In this document: positions 1 to 9,596 of the stretch, piece by piece
Layout of the letters: the number at the start of each line of letters is the position of its first letter
How positions within the stretch are numbered: the first letter of the stretch is position 1
From: Andalucia godoyi And28
Lineage: Eukaryota; Protista; Jakobida
Length of the DNA stretch: 64,000 nt
Assembly (NCBI GenBank): GCA_009859145.1
Contig: VRVR01000008.1
Location: 259,325 to 323,324 of the forward strand
Reading direction: 5' to 3'
The notes under the pieces: generated by a model
Seen by the model: the letters and a program-made list of their open reading frames with translations, nothing else
The model's database searches: none
What the model was told of the DNA's origin: nothing
Translations under genes and position numbers: made by a program

Positions 1-321
1 CAGAAATTCTGTCCTGAAGAGCTCATTTCAAAGCATAAGAAGAATTTACAGACACGGGCAGAGGACGATGCTTGCACTTTGCAGAAAGAGACAGAGAGAG
101 AAAAACTGAAAATAATAAAACGGAATCGCGAATGAGGAGGAGGGAAAGGTCGAGCTTGTTGAACCTGAATTTCGGGACACTTGGGAAAAAGTCCGGCAAA
201 CAACGAAACCCAACCACAAAACTCAGCATAAAAAATTAATTAAGAATAGAAATGAAATGAAAATCTAAGACTTGCATCAGTCAGTACTCGTTTCCCTCCC
301 ACCACTTTGAAGCAAAGGGAA

Positions 322-1203
322 ATGAAGAAATACGATGTGATTTGTGGGCTTCATGCAGCTCTTGCAACGCTTCGAGAAAGGCCATTGTCCGTCGATCGCA
401 TCTTCTTCCGAAATGACTTGCTATCCATCGTCAAGCCTTTCCTTTCACCCCACGCATCTCTCAATCGTCCGTATCGCTCATTTCCACTTCCTTCTACTGC
501 AAATCCGCAAAACGATGAATTATTCAAGCTGAGCAAATCCAGTCATCACGGAGGCATTGTACTGCATGGACAGTTCCCTTCTCCGATTCCATTTTCCCAG
601 CTCTTCCGCGAGCAGCAAAACTCAGAGACTGCCACGGCAGTTTCGCCTCAGAATTCCAGCAAACATCGAATTTTTCTTTGGTTAGACGGGGTTTCGAACG
701 ACCATAATATCGGAGCAGTATTTCGAAGTGCGGCATTCCTTGGTTGTGACGGCTTGCTTCTGACCAAACCACTGTCTACTAGTGCGGTCCGAGTATCACG
801 GGGTGCCGTGGAGATTGTTAGGCACTCAGTGGTGGGGAATGGAAATTCAGATAGTGGTGGCCCGGAGGCCTGCTCGAGAGAATCCTTAATGGAAACAATC
901 CAAAATAGAAAGTTCATCCTGCTGGCAGCAGACAGTCGAGCACGAGTATCCTTGTTCGACATTGTTTCTTCAGCAAAGAAAGAGAACTTCGCTCCCCCAA
1001 ACAGCAACAACAAGACGTACATTGTCGCCCTTGGTGGGGAGTCCGATGGACTAAAGAAGCACATTCGAAGTGGTTTCTACAAGTTTTTCTCGATACCCCC
1101 CTGCAACGAAGGCGTGATGAAAACTGTGGATTCCTTGAACGTTTCATCGGCCGCTGCCATCGTCCTGTCTTATCTGCAACCTACTCTTAATCCCAAGCCA
1201 TAA
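322..1203 (+). CDS. SpoU/TrmH-family (SPOUT) RNA 2'-O-methyltransferase, RlmB/MRM1-like, 293 aa
   Basis: ORF 307..1203, first ATG at 322. N-terminal ICGLHAA resembles the RlmB substrate-binding domain. SPOUT motifs LDGVSNDHNIGAVFRSAAFLG, VALGGESDGL and IPP...DSLNVSSAAAIVL are present. Confidence 0.9.
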   Translation: MKKYDVICGLHAALATLRERPLSVDRIFFRNDLLSIVKPFLSPHASLNRPYRSFPLPSTANPQNDELFKLSKSSHHGGIVLHGQFPSPIPFSQLFREQQNSETATAVSPQNSSKHRIFLWLDGVSNDHNIGAVFRSAAFLGCDGLLLTKPLSTSAVRVSRGAVEIVRHSVVGNGNSDSGGPEACSRESLMETIQNRKFILLAADSRARVSLFDIVSSAKKENFAPPNSNNKTYIVALGGESDGLKKHIRSGFYKFFSIPPCNEGVMKTVDSLNVSSAAAIVLSYLQPTLNPKP

Positions 1204-1311
1204 ATCCACGTATTATTGCCGCACCCAAAATCATACTGCCAAAGCCATACTGTCAAAAAAAATGAATTAGTTAAAAAAATTACTACACCAGAAGGGGGTT
1301 GGCCGGGGGGG

Positions 1312-1317
1312 AAAAAA
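1312..1317 (-). terminator. RNA polymerase III terminator (T6) of the tRNA-Leu gene
   Basis: Run of six T on the minus strand, 6 nt after the tRNA discriminator base. Confidence 0.7.
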
Positions 1318-1323
1318 GTAATT

Positions 1324-1406
1324 TGACAGCTGTGGGATTTGAACCCACGCATCCGGAGATACCACGACCTGAACGTGGCGCCTTAGACCAACTCGGCCAA
1401 ACTGCC
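1324..1406 (-). tRNA. tRNA-Leu, anticodon CAG, intronless, 83 nt
   Basis: Minus strand reads GGCAGTTTGGCCGAGTTGGTCTAAGGCGCCACGTTCAGGTCGTGGTATCTCCGGATGCGTGGGTTCAAATCCCACAGCTGTCA. Acceptor stem GGCAGTT/AGCTGTC, anticodon stem CCACG/CGTGG with loop TTCAGGT, long variable arm, T-loop TTCAAAT, discriminator A. Confidence 0.97.
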
Positions 1407-1587
1407 TCAAACAAGATCCTCGACGCGAGAATGGCTCTAATTTGCTTTGCTTTGCGCTTGTTTCATTTCCAAAAGCCCCACGTTCCCACGAACCCTTTTT
1501 GGAGCTGTCCCCGTCCTCGCGAGCAGGCCTCTTCTCAAAAGCTGTCCTAGCGCATTCTGTAATTTGTTCGTTTCACAAGATAGGAAA

Positions 1588-2094
1588 ATGTTCAGGCTCT
1601 TCTCTCCTCTTCGCGCAGCAGTGCCTGCAGCGCGCCTGCAGTCTCTCCGACAGGAAATTCTTTCGTCGTCGTGGCTTCACAATGACTCCTTCTTGCTGGA
1701 AGACGCGAATGCCGCTGCTCAAAAGGCCATTGCTTCGCTTCCGAGTCTGACTGGAGAAACCCGTGCTGAGACCGAGCGAGCAACCGCCGATCTTTTGAAC
1801 ACCATCAAGACCTCGGAGAATGTCGAGGGGCTGTACGAAGCCATTTATTCGACAGAACTCGCTCTGGGTGACGAACTCGGCAGGTTCGGCGACAATGTAC
1901 ATCGCGTTCCCGAGCTGCAGGCTCGTGTCGAGAAACTCATGGAAGACTACAAGAACCTTATGGCTCGTATTTCTTCTGACGAGACGGTGTACCGGAAAGT
2001 GGAGCGTGAGCTTGGAATTTCGATGCTCCAGCTGAAATCGCAGATCCACGACCCGGAGTACCGTCACCGCGTTCGTGATGAGTTCAGAACCTAG
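1588..2094 (+). CDS. Hypothetical helical protein with a probable mitochondrial presequence, 168 aa
   Basis: ORF 1447..2094, first ATG at 1588 (GAAAATG). The N-terminus MFRLFSPLRAAVPAARLQSLRQ is Arg/Ser/Ala/Leu-rich with no acidic residues. The remainder looks like an amphipathic helical bundle. Confidence 0.75.
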   Translation: MFRLFSPLRAAVPAARLQSLRQEILSSSWLHNDSFLLEDANAAAQKAIASLPSLTGETRAETERATADLLNTIKTSENVEGLYEAIYSTELALGDELGRFGDNVHRVPELQARVEKLMEDYKNLMARISSDETVYRKVERELGISMLQLKSQIHDPEYRHRVRDEFRT

Positions 2095-2264
2095 GCTTTC
2101 TGGTTCCTCACTGCGTGAAAATTGCTGATGCGTCTCCGCCATTCACCAATTTTCTTTTTTCATCTGTTAAAAACATAAAAATAAAAACATATGATAATGT
2201 TAAGAATGTTCTTCTTGTTTTTCTTTTCCTTTTTTGACTTGTTGTTTGAAGCATCATTGATGTA

Positions 2265-2972
2265 TTAGCCATCCTTTGCTCGATTCTCGTTTCCATTCTG
2301 TTCTCTGAGGATGGAGGAGAACTCGTCGAAGTCCAAGAATCCAGATCCATCTGTGTCAAACTCCTCCAACAGCTGCTTCACCCGAATAGTCAGTCCCATT
2401 TCTGTACAGACCTTGAGCAGATTTTCTCCTATGATGTGTCCAGTGCGATCGGGATTTCCTCCCAGAGACACAAATGCACTGATTGTTTCTGGATCCTGTT
2501 CGATCCCTTTGAACTTTCGTTTGAAAACTCGCTGCATTTCGAGAAATTCTTCTTCTCCGAATTCAAGGGAGCCATCACCGTCGAGCACTTGCAACAAGTC
2601 TTTTATCTGATCGAACGAAACGGTTCCTCCTGCAGTCTCGTTCAGTAATTTCTTGAGTTCGTAAATGCTCAGTTTTCCGGATTTGTCATCGTCGTACTGA
2701 GAGAAGATCTTCCTTGCGCTTTCAATTTCAGCTGCAGTGAGGATTTCCATGGAAAATTCCTGTTCTCCTCCTTTATCTTTTGACGCAGTGTCACTCGTTG
2801 GCGGTCGTGGACTGTCGCCTCCGTGGGCTGCAGAGGATACAGACTCGATGTTCCGCCGAACGGGCCGAATCATTGTTCTTCCTTCCGTCAAGATCCCAAT
2901 ACTGAAGATTCGGCTTACTTTTTGCTCCGTGAGTTTGGACTCCAAATCATTTGGATTCGTCTGTCGTTCCAT
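2265..2972 (-). CDS. EF-hand calcium-binding protein, outer dynein arm docking complex DC3-like, 235 aa
   Basis: EF-hand loops DDDKSGKLSIYE, DGDGSLEFGEEE and DTDGSGFLDFDEF. The segment ETISAFVSLGGNPDRTGHI...VKQLLEEFD matches the degenerate third EF hand I recognise from Chlamydomonas DC3 (AFVALGGN.DK.G.I). Confidence 0.75.
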   Translation of the reverse strand: MERQTNPNDLESKLTEQKVSRIFSIGILTEGRTMIRPVRRNIESVSSAAHGGDSPRPPTSDTASKDKGGEQEFSMEILTAAEIESARKIFSQYDDDKSGKLSIYELKKLLNETAGGTVSFDQIKDLLQVLDGDGSLEFGEEEFLEMQRVFKRKFKGIEQDPETISAFVSLGGNPDRTGHIIGENLLKVCTEMGLTIRVKQLLEEFDTDGSGFLDFDEFSSILREQNGNENRAKDG

Positions 2973-3224
2973 CCTCTCTCACTGTGTTCTCCAGTCTTCT
3001 GCACCGTGGGGCGGACTGCCTCTGATTCATCCCTGTCGTAAGCTTCCTTTGGAGTTTATGTTGAGTCGCTATCATGCCAACAGTGCGACGACAAGTCGAC
3101 GACTCAGAACCAAAAGGAGGCGCCTTGACAGGTTTCTTTGTTTTGCGATTTTCTTTAGTCGTTCCCTCCGCTTTCTGTGAAATTCACGCAAGGCTGGAGA
3201 TCCATAAATCGATTGCTTCAAAAA

Positions 3225-6200
3225 ATGGATCCAGTATCGCAGAATGGGCTTTCCGAGATGGCAGGCATCCTGGATAGCAAAGCCTTCGACATGCTGCGTT
3301 CCATGCTGTCCGACGGGCTTGACCCCGAATTGCAAGGCTTAGACCAAGAGCTTATTTTCGGTTATTCCACGGATGCTGCGGACGTGCAAGTGGCCAGTTC
3401 TGCAGGACCGAAGGACAGTATTCCAAAGCTTCCAGGGGCAATTGACTATGAAGACGAACAGGAAGCAATCGAAATGGATGTTGAGCATGCGCGTCAACTG
3501 CTTGAAAGTGCTCGGGGCGCAGAGAGCCCTTCGCAACAATTCGACTTTGATGAGCAAGAAGGAACCAGTAGTACCATGAAGAAAGTTTCCGTTGATTTTG
3601 ATGAAGAAGCGACGCCAGTCGATTCGACAGGTCAACATGCGAGTGTTAGTGTTGACGGGGTTGTGCAGTCTGCTGCTGTTGCAACGAAGGCACCGGCGAT
3701 TAAGTTTTATGATGTGGATTCGTCCCAGTCCGCAAATGCACAGAAGGACGACGAGCCGGATGCGGAGGATGACGACAATCTTGTAATTAGGAGAAAGAGA
3801 CAGGCTCCAGCTGGTCAGGCTGGCACGCAATCTTCCCTTCCAGCGAAGCCGAATCCGCTTCTGCAGTTTGCCTTGAAGAAATCCAATGACAAGTTACTTC
3901 TTAGAACTTCGAAGTTGTTGTTTCAAAAGAGCGATCTAGAAGATGCGCAATACTATGCGTCACGAGGGTCACTGCAGACTGTCCATGCAAAGTCTTTCTT
4001 AGAGCCCACTACGGATGATATTGTTCATTTTTCTAAAGAGATTCTGGAAGAAGAAACCACTGAGCCGAGCGATGAAAAGGACGCCGCAGGCTTTGATAGG
4101 ATGGTGATTGCTCCATTGAGTTTCGTATCACCGTCGTTCGATCTCGAAGTCGCTTTATCCGAGGAATCGGATTTTGGTAGAGTGCATCCTGCCCTGCTGC
4201 CTGTCTCTCTCTTGAATTGGGAGACACAAGTTTGGGAAATGGCGCTGGGAAAAAAAGGGAATGTCACTTCTTGGGAAAAAAAATTACTTCCCCCCTCTGC
4301 GAAGCTGAATGTTGCTGCGGTTCATGGCCAATGGGATACCTCTGTCTTTGAAACCTGTGATTCTGTGTCCTTTCCACTTCTCTTTGATTTGAATGATGAC
4401 TCTTTTGGCGTTTCTATGGAGGAATTAACCAGGGTCGCCGAAAGAGCGAAGCAAGTGTTTTCCGACGACGTCATGCGCTCCAAGTTTGGAACCCTTACTT
4501 TCGAAAACAAAATCAGAGCGACTCTTGTGCGGGACGAAGAGGCTGTGGAAGACCAGATTGGAGAAATTGTACATACTCAACTTGCCTGGAAGCTGGATCC
4601 TCGATATTTTGCGAGAACTGTCAACCGCACAATTGCCATGTTTCATGTCCGTCCATTCCTTCTCCCCGGTCTCCTTGTGAAAGCCGATCCTCATATTATT
4701 GTTGGTAAGGATGCTGGATCAGGCCCCTTGGCGGCCAAAGAGACTGCTAAAATGCGTCGCCGAAATGCTTCTACGTTCAAGGACGAAGACGTGAGTTCCC
4801 GATCCGGACGTGTTGTTTTGATGGAGTATCGGGAAGAACTTCCTGCCTACATGTCTGTGCCAAGTATGGGTGCTCGCGTGCGCAACTTCTATCTTCGAAT
4901 GGATGCACCGACGGCACCCGAGGGATCTGTTCGAAAGCAAATATCCGCAAAGCCGAATCCTCAAGATGTGCAGGATCCCGCAACTGTTCTGTCTGAACAA
5001 GAGTTATCAAGATACTCCAGACTGAAAGAGACTCTGGAGGACGGGTCGTTGGAGATCGTTTCGTCCCTGAAAGACGTTCCATTTCTTACAATTCTTGAGC
5101 CCGGCGACTCGGTTTGTGCACTGGATACGCACATGTTTGCTTCCGAAATGTCTGGTCACGCTGTTCCCGAGACCGACTTCTTATTGACGGTTTCTCGAGA
5201 TTCAAAGCTGAAAAAAAACAATGTGTATTTGCGAGAAATCGACAAGTTGTACGCAGTCTCATATCAGCAAGCTAAGAGACAGGAAGAATCCGCCGGGATG
5301 CTTGTGTCTAAGTTTGCTGGAGAAGTCCCTGGTCCTTCCGCAAAGGTTCGCACACAGTGGGATCGAAAGCGCGTTCTGTTTCATGAATACAGACTGCTGG
5401 AAAAGGAGGCCCGACGCGATGATGAGGGTCGCATTTCGCGGGTTGCTCCGTTTCAATCACTGCTGGATCTGGTCCCTGATGTCGACGCGCAGACGATTCG
5501 GAGAATCTGTAATGAAGAATGTGATGTAAGAAGCAGCAAGTTCCAATGGAAATCCGAGCGAGAGTTTCCTTCCGAGGCCAGGATAGTGGAAACGCTGTCT
5601 CCCGAAGATTATTGTCGATATGTCATGATGGAAGCTGGGCTTGCGTATCTCGAAGATCAGCGGGGCATCGATCGCGAAGCTGCAGAGACTGCATTGTTGA
5701 ACGTCTTGTTCGCTGCCAACAATGCCGAGAACAAGTCTCTGGATTCTGGTTTCCGTCTTACTGCGGAGGATGAAAAGACGATTTCCGCAGTTCAGCATGA
5801 ACTAAAGATAGCACCGTGGATTTCGTCCACCACCTTTATCAATGCATTTTCTGGCTCTGGTAGTGTCCGGTTCGCGGATATCCATTTTGTGACTCCTGAA
5901 GAGGTTCTTCAAGCGCAGGAAGACTTTTCAAAAGTGACGGAGATCCGAGCCGAGTTTGCGAAGAATCAGTTGAAAAAGATGGGAATTGACGCGGATGCAA
6001 TGTCTTCTATGGAGCGTGTTGAAACTTTAAGAAAACACATTGCAAAAGGGCTCCACTTGAATGTGAAGACAGCTTCGTATACAGTTGCGATGCATCATAC
6101 GTTACGAATTGTTTTCGGCAAAGCATCTCGTGCATTGCGTCCGACGGAAACCTTCAGCGATGAACAAGAATTTCATTATGAAACTGCTGTGTCCGCCGGG

Positions 6201-7577
6201 GAAACCGCGGAAGAAGTGAAGCGAGATGAAGATCGTCTTAAAGCTCTGGAAGAATTTGAAATGGAGGACGTGGACATGAATGCAGACCAAGACTCAGATG
6301 ACGCGTCAGATGCCCGTTCTGTTACGTCGCGTGCGACAAGCAAAGCGGGCGATTTTGCGAGGGAACGCGGTCGGCGATCTTCGAAAATTCTTCGTCGCTT
6401 TGAGAAAATGAAAGATCCTGTTACTGGGGAGGAGAAAGAAGTAGTGTCGATAATCTCGGACCCCTCTGAGGTCGATGCGATATTGAAACGCCAAGAAGCC
6501 GTGCAGGTGTTTCGAAAACTGTTGCAAGGGATGGAAGACGGTGGCTCCTCAATGGTTCGGTCTTCCATGGTTTTAGATCAGATTCGCGACTTGCGAAAGA
6601 AGGAGCAGGAAATTCGACGAGACCAAATTCAAACGGCAATGGATTCAAAGAAGAGATGCTGCAAGGCTTGCAAGCAAAAGGGCCACATTTCCTCGAATAG
6701 AATATGCAAACTTCACCCGGAGCATTTGGCCTATTTCCGCGATCTTCCTGATGGAACGTCTGTTCGCGTTGCCGACGAACAGGCGCCGTCTGGCGGTTTA
6801 CAGGGCCGTGGACGTGGTCGCGGTCGTGGACGTAAGCGTGGAGCTGTTGTAGCGACGGATCCAGCTGCCGGTGTTGGTCTTCCACGTCCAGTCAAGCATC
6901 GCCGTGGAGGGTTTCGGCAGCCTGCCGCTTCACTCCTGCCAATGGACTCGGGTGTTTCGTCGGGTCAGTTCGATTCTCTCGTTGACGAAGACTTTGAGTA
7001 TCAGCGCAGGTCATCCAATCGCTCCAATCGGACGGTTGGCAGCAGGCGTGCTGCGGTCTTCCGCAGAATAGTCGACGAGATCATGGAAGCGGCCATTTCT
7101 GACGATCACTTGTATTTGCGGACGTTTTTGCGGAATCCCGTGAAAGAGCTGGAAGTGTTTGCTCCTCAGCTTGCCAAGCAGTATCGAAAAAGCATTCGAC
7201 ATCCTATGTTTCTCGAGTCTGTGCAGTCCAAAGTCCAGAATTTGAAATACGACTCGGTGGATGCATTTTCTGACGACGTGTCGTTGATGTTTTCGAATGC
7301 CCGCATGTTTTACACGAATCTCCCAGAGTTTACGTCGGTCCTTGTAGACGCAGATGCTGCAGAAAGGTTCATCAACGGTCGGATGCAGGAGCACAGCGAG
7401 GAGCTGCGTTCTCTCGAAGAGACTGGCGGTCGTGACGGAGGACCTATTACTGGCGCTTCTCCAGCGAAGCGTGCACGTTTCCAAGATGGCCATACAGACA
7501 CGCCAGGTTTTGGTGATGATGAATTTGTTGTTCCGACATCAGACGCTCTTCCGTTGTACGGTAGTAGTCAGGGATGA
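3225..7577 (+). CDS. TAF1: Transcription initiation factor TFIID subunit 1 (TAF1), 1450 aa
   Basis: ORF 3177..7577, first ATG at 3225. TAND-like PGAIDYEDEQE. DUF3591 core motifs SGRVVLMEYREELPAYMSVPSMGARVRNFY, VPETDFLL, LREIDKLY and LSPEDYCRYVMMEAG. Zinc knuckle CKACKQKGHISSNRIC and a single C-terminal bromodomain. Confidence 0.93.
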   Translation: MDPVSQNGLSEMAGILDSKAFDMLRSMLSDGLDPELQGLDQELIFGYSTDAADVQVASSAGPKDSIPKLPGAIDYEDEQEAIEMDVEHARQLLESARGAESPSQQFDFDEQEGTSSTMKKVSVDFDEEATPVDSTGQHASVSVDGVVQSAAVATKAPAIKFYDVDSSQSANAQKDDEPDAEDDDNLVIRRKRQAPAGQAGTQSSLPAKPNPLLQFALKKSNDKLLLRTSKLLFQKSDLEDAQYYASRGSLQTVHAKSFLEPTTDDIVHFSKEILEEETTEPSDEKDAAGFDRMVIAPLSFVSPSFDLEVALSEESDFGRVHPALLPVSLLNWETQVWEMALGKKGNVTSWEKKLLPPSAKLNVAAVHGQWDTSVFETCDSVSFPLLFDLNDDSFGVSMEELTRVAERAKQVFSDDVMRSKFGTLTFENKIRATLVRDEEAVEDQIGEIVHTQLAWKLDPRYFARTVNRTIAMFHVRPFLLPGLLVKADPHIIVGKDAGSGPLAAKETAKMRRRNASTFKDEDVSSRSGRVVLMEYREELPAYMSVPSMGARVRNFYLRMDAPTAPEGSVRKQISAKPNPQDVQDPATVLSEQELSRYSRLKETLEDGSLEIVSSLKDVPFLTILEPGDSVCALDTHMFASEMSGHAVPETDFLLTVSRDSKLKKNNVYLREIDKLYAVSYQQAKRQEESAGMLVSKFAGEVPGPSAKVRTQWDRKRVLFHEYRLLEKEARRDDEGRISRVAPFQSLLDLVPDVDAQTIRRICNEECDVRSSKFQWKSEREFPSEARIVETLSPEDYCRYVMMEAGLAYLEDQRGIDREAAETALLNVLFAANNAENKSLDSGFRLTAEDEKTISAVQHELKIAPWISSTTFINAFSGSGSVRFADIHFVTPEEVLQAQEDFSKVTEIRAEFAKNQLKKMGIDADAMSSMERVETLRKHIAKGLHLNVKTASYTVAMHHTLRIVFGKASRALRPTETFSDEQEFHYETAVSAGETAEEVKRDEDRLKALEEFEMEDVDMNADQDSDDASDARSVTSRATSKAGDFARERGRRSSKILRRFEKMKDPVTGEEKEVVSIISDPSEVDAILKRQEAVQVFRKLLQGMEDGGSSMVRSSMVLDQIRDLRKKEQEIRRDQIQTAMDSKKRCCKACKQKGHISSNRICKLHPEHLAYFRDLPDGTSVRVADEQAPSGGLQGRGRGRGRGRKRGAVVATDPAAGVGLPRPVKHRRGGFRQPAASLLPMDSGVSSGQFDSLVDEDFEYQRRSSNRSNRTVGSRRAAVFRRIVDEIMEAAISDDHLYLRTFLRNPVKELEVFAPQLAKQYRKSIRHPMFLESVQSKVQNLKYDSVDAFSDDVSLMFSNARMFYTNLPEFTSVLVDADAAERFINGRMQEHSEELRSLEETGGRDGGPITGASPAKRARFQDGHTDTPGFGDDEFVVPTSDALPLYGSSQG

Positions 7578-7807
7578 TCGGATGGAACTCCTTTTCGGGA
7601 TTGTTTGCTTGTTTGGCGGATGCCGTCTTTTGATGGTCTCGAGTGCGCATGCGCTTTCTGTTTGAACAACTGCTGCACGTGGCATTTTTAAATTTTAAAA
7701 TTAATAGAACAAAAAGAATAAAAAATAAAAAAATAACAGTCCCCCAAAACCGCAAAAACACAGCCATTTTTTGACGTCCAAACCAGAACACTTGCGTCAT
7801 TTTCATT

Positions 7808-9367
7808 TTATGATAGTCTTCGGCAAAACTCTGGCATAACAGGTCCCGCTCCAACACCACGATTGACCATTCGGCAACGCCATTCAGAGAGGCGAGGAAG
7901 CGCAGCGGTCGTGTCATTCACAGACATAGCACTCCACAGGCGTTCAGCGATCGCAGAAGCGCGCGGCCAGACGCGGGAGTCAAAATTGGCTTGATCAACC
8001 TGCTCAGCCCACATAGTTGCTTCTCCACCGAGGACCAACTTCTGAAGGGACGGGTCCAGGAACTGCGTACCGTTCTTGAAAGGTTCATTGTCATAGAACA
8101 CCTTCCAGGTGTCTTCCCATTCATAAAACGTGGAAGTCCCGTCGGGCTGCTGGCGATCCAGATACCATCCTGCGGACAGAATTGCTTTATGTCCCAGAGA
8201 AACTGCTTCTGCAAGGACACCTCGGTTTGCCCAAACGTGGACAATCGTCGGGTCTGAGGTTGAGGTAATGGCGCCGTCCAACAAAAGTTCTTCCCATCCA
8301 AGTGGCGTCTTATTCAAGGACGACAGCATCGGAAGAATCCTCTGATGGTAATAGCGGTATAAATCGGACGCAGTCCAGCCCTTCTGCTTCAAGAACGACT
8401 TGATGGAATCATCATCCAACCAGCATCCAAAAACGATCTCATCACCACCAATGTGTGCATAGTTGTCTGGAAACAGCGCCAGCATTTCGGAGAAAAGCTT
8501 CTGAATAAAAGTGAATGTGTCCTCTTTTGCGGGATTCAACGGAATGTTGTTAATGTTCTGTGCATAGACTGGGCAGTTGGCCACCAAATCAGGATAGCCC
8601 ACGCCGAAAGATGCCGCATGGCCCGGAGTATCAAATTCGGGAACGACACGTACACCTCGCTCCAAGGCATACTGCACAATGGTGGAAACATCAGCGTGTG
8701 TATAAACAGCAGTGGGATCCCAAGCAGCATTGGTCAGCAAAGGAAAAGTTTCCGAGACCAGAGGGAAGGACTGCGCATCCACAATGTGCCAGTGCATCGT
8801 GTTGAACTTGTTGTACGCAAGGACATCAATCGTATGCAGCAAGAAGTCAACAGGAATAAAATGACGCGCAGTGTCAACCATGAATCCTCTCCAAGGAAAC
8901 CGAGGAGCATCGTCAATCTCCAACGGAGCATTCACAATCGAATACGTTTGACTCGCAGCATCATATGAAATAAGCTGTGAAAAGGTTTCGAGAGCACGCA
9001 AAGCTCCAAAGACACTCTTTGCAGAGATGGAAGCCTTGGGATCGGTCGAAACTGAAATCGAATACGACTCGTCAACTCCAAACTGCAGATTCTCATCGTC
9101 AGAGTCCACTTGCACAGCAACAGAGACAAGAGATCCCTGGGGAGAGCGGGCAGTCTTCGCTGGGAAGAACAAGGTTGCGTACCTCGCAAACGCCTTTTGC
9201 AAAATCTGGGACTTTGAAGTTGTCGAAAACGAGAACTGCGACGGATCCACGGTCACGGACGACGAGCCAGGGCGCATGGACTGAGGCTGCGGCCACACCG
9301 ATCCGTACGCGACTCCTGCGATTACCAAAAGCGCTGCCAAAACAGCAGAATGTCGGTGAAAAAGCAT
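7808..9367 (-). CDS. Beta-N-acetylhexosaminidase, GH20 (HEXA/HEXB type), secreted/lysosomal, 519 aa
   Basis: Signal peptide followed by VWPQP. Motifs DAPRFPWRGFMVDTARHF, NTMHWHIVDAQSFP, PEFDTPGHA, catalytic HIGGDE, GWYLD, LGGEATMWAE and WPRASAIAERLWS. Confidence 0.96.
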   Translation of the reverse strand: MLFHRHSAVLAALLVIAGVAYGSVWPQPQSMRPGSSSVTVDPSQFSFSTTSKSQILQKAFARYATLFFPAKTARSPQGSLVSVAVQVDSDDENLQFGVDESYSISVSTDPKASISAKSVFGALRALETFSQLISYDAASQTYSIVNAPLEIDDAPRFPWRGFMVDTARHFIPVDFLLHTIDVLAYNKFNTMHWHIVDAQSFPLVSETFPLLTNAAWDPTAVYTHADVSTIVQYALERGVRVVPEFDTPGHAASFGVGYPDLVANCPVYAQNINNIPLNPAKEDTFTFIQKLFSEMLALFPDNYAHIGGDEIVFGCWLDDDSIKSFLKQKGWTASDLYRYYHQRILPMLSSLNKTPLGWEELLLDGAITSTSDPTIVHVWANRGVLAEAVSLGHKAILSAGWYLDRQQPDGTSTFYEWEDTWKVFYDNEPFKNGTQFLDPSLQKLVLGGEATMWAEQVDQANFDSRVWPRASAIAERLWSAMSVNDTTAALPRLSEWRCRMVNRGVGAGPVMPEFCRRLS

Positions 9368-9560
9368 TCTTTCGGTTGTTTTTCTTTGAGAGAGGTGTGA
9401 AACTCGGAAAAAAAAAAACCGTGAACAGACACTCGGAACAACCGAGAAAACCGAGATTCGCAGAAGCGAAAAGGACCGAAGAACACGATAACGAGAAAGC
9501 GGGCTGTTGACTGGTGTGCGGAGGATGGTTTCCCCTCAGTGCTTGTTGACTCGCCTGGCC

Positions 9561-9596
9561 TTGACAGGTTTGACGGGTTTGACAGGTTTGACAGGT
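9561..9596. repeat. 9-bp tandem repeat (TTGACAGGT)x4, one copy TTGACGGGT, in the divergent HEXB/SDS22 intergenic region
   Basis: Read directly: ttgacaggt ttgacgggt ttgacaggt ttgacaggt. Confidence 0.9.

Noticed and set aside
23-229. Minus-strand 68-aa ORF at the left edge
   Set aside because: Low-complexity, pyrimidine-rich translation typical of a 5' leader. An ATG at 26 may start a gene running off the window, but 8 codons cannot support a call.
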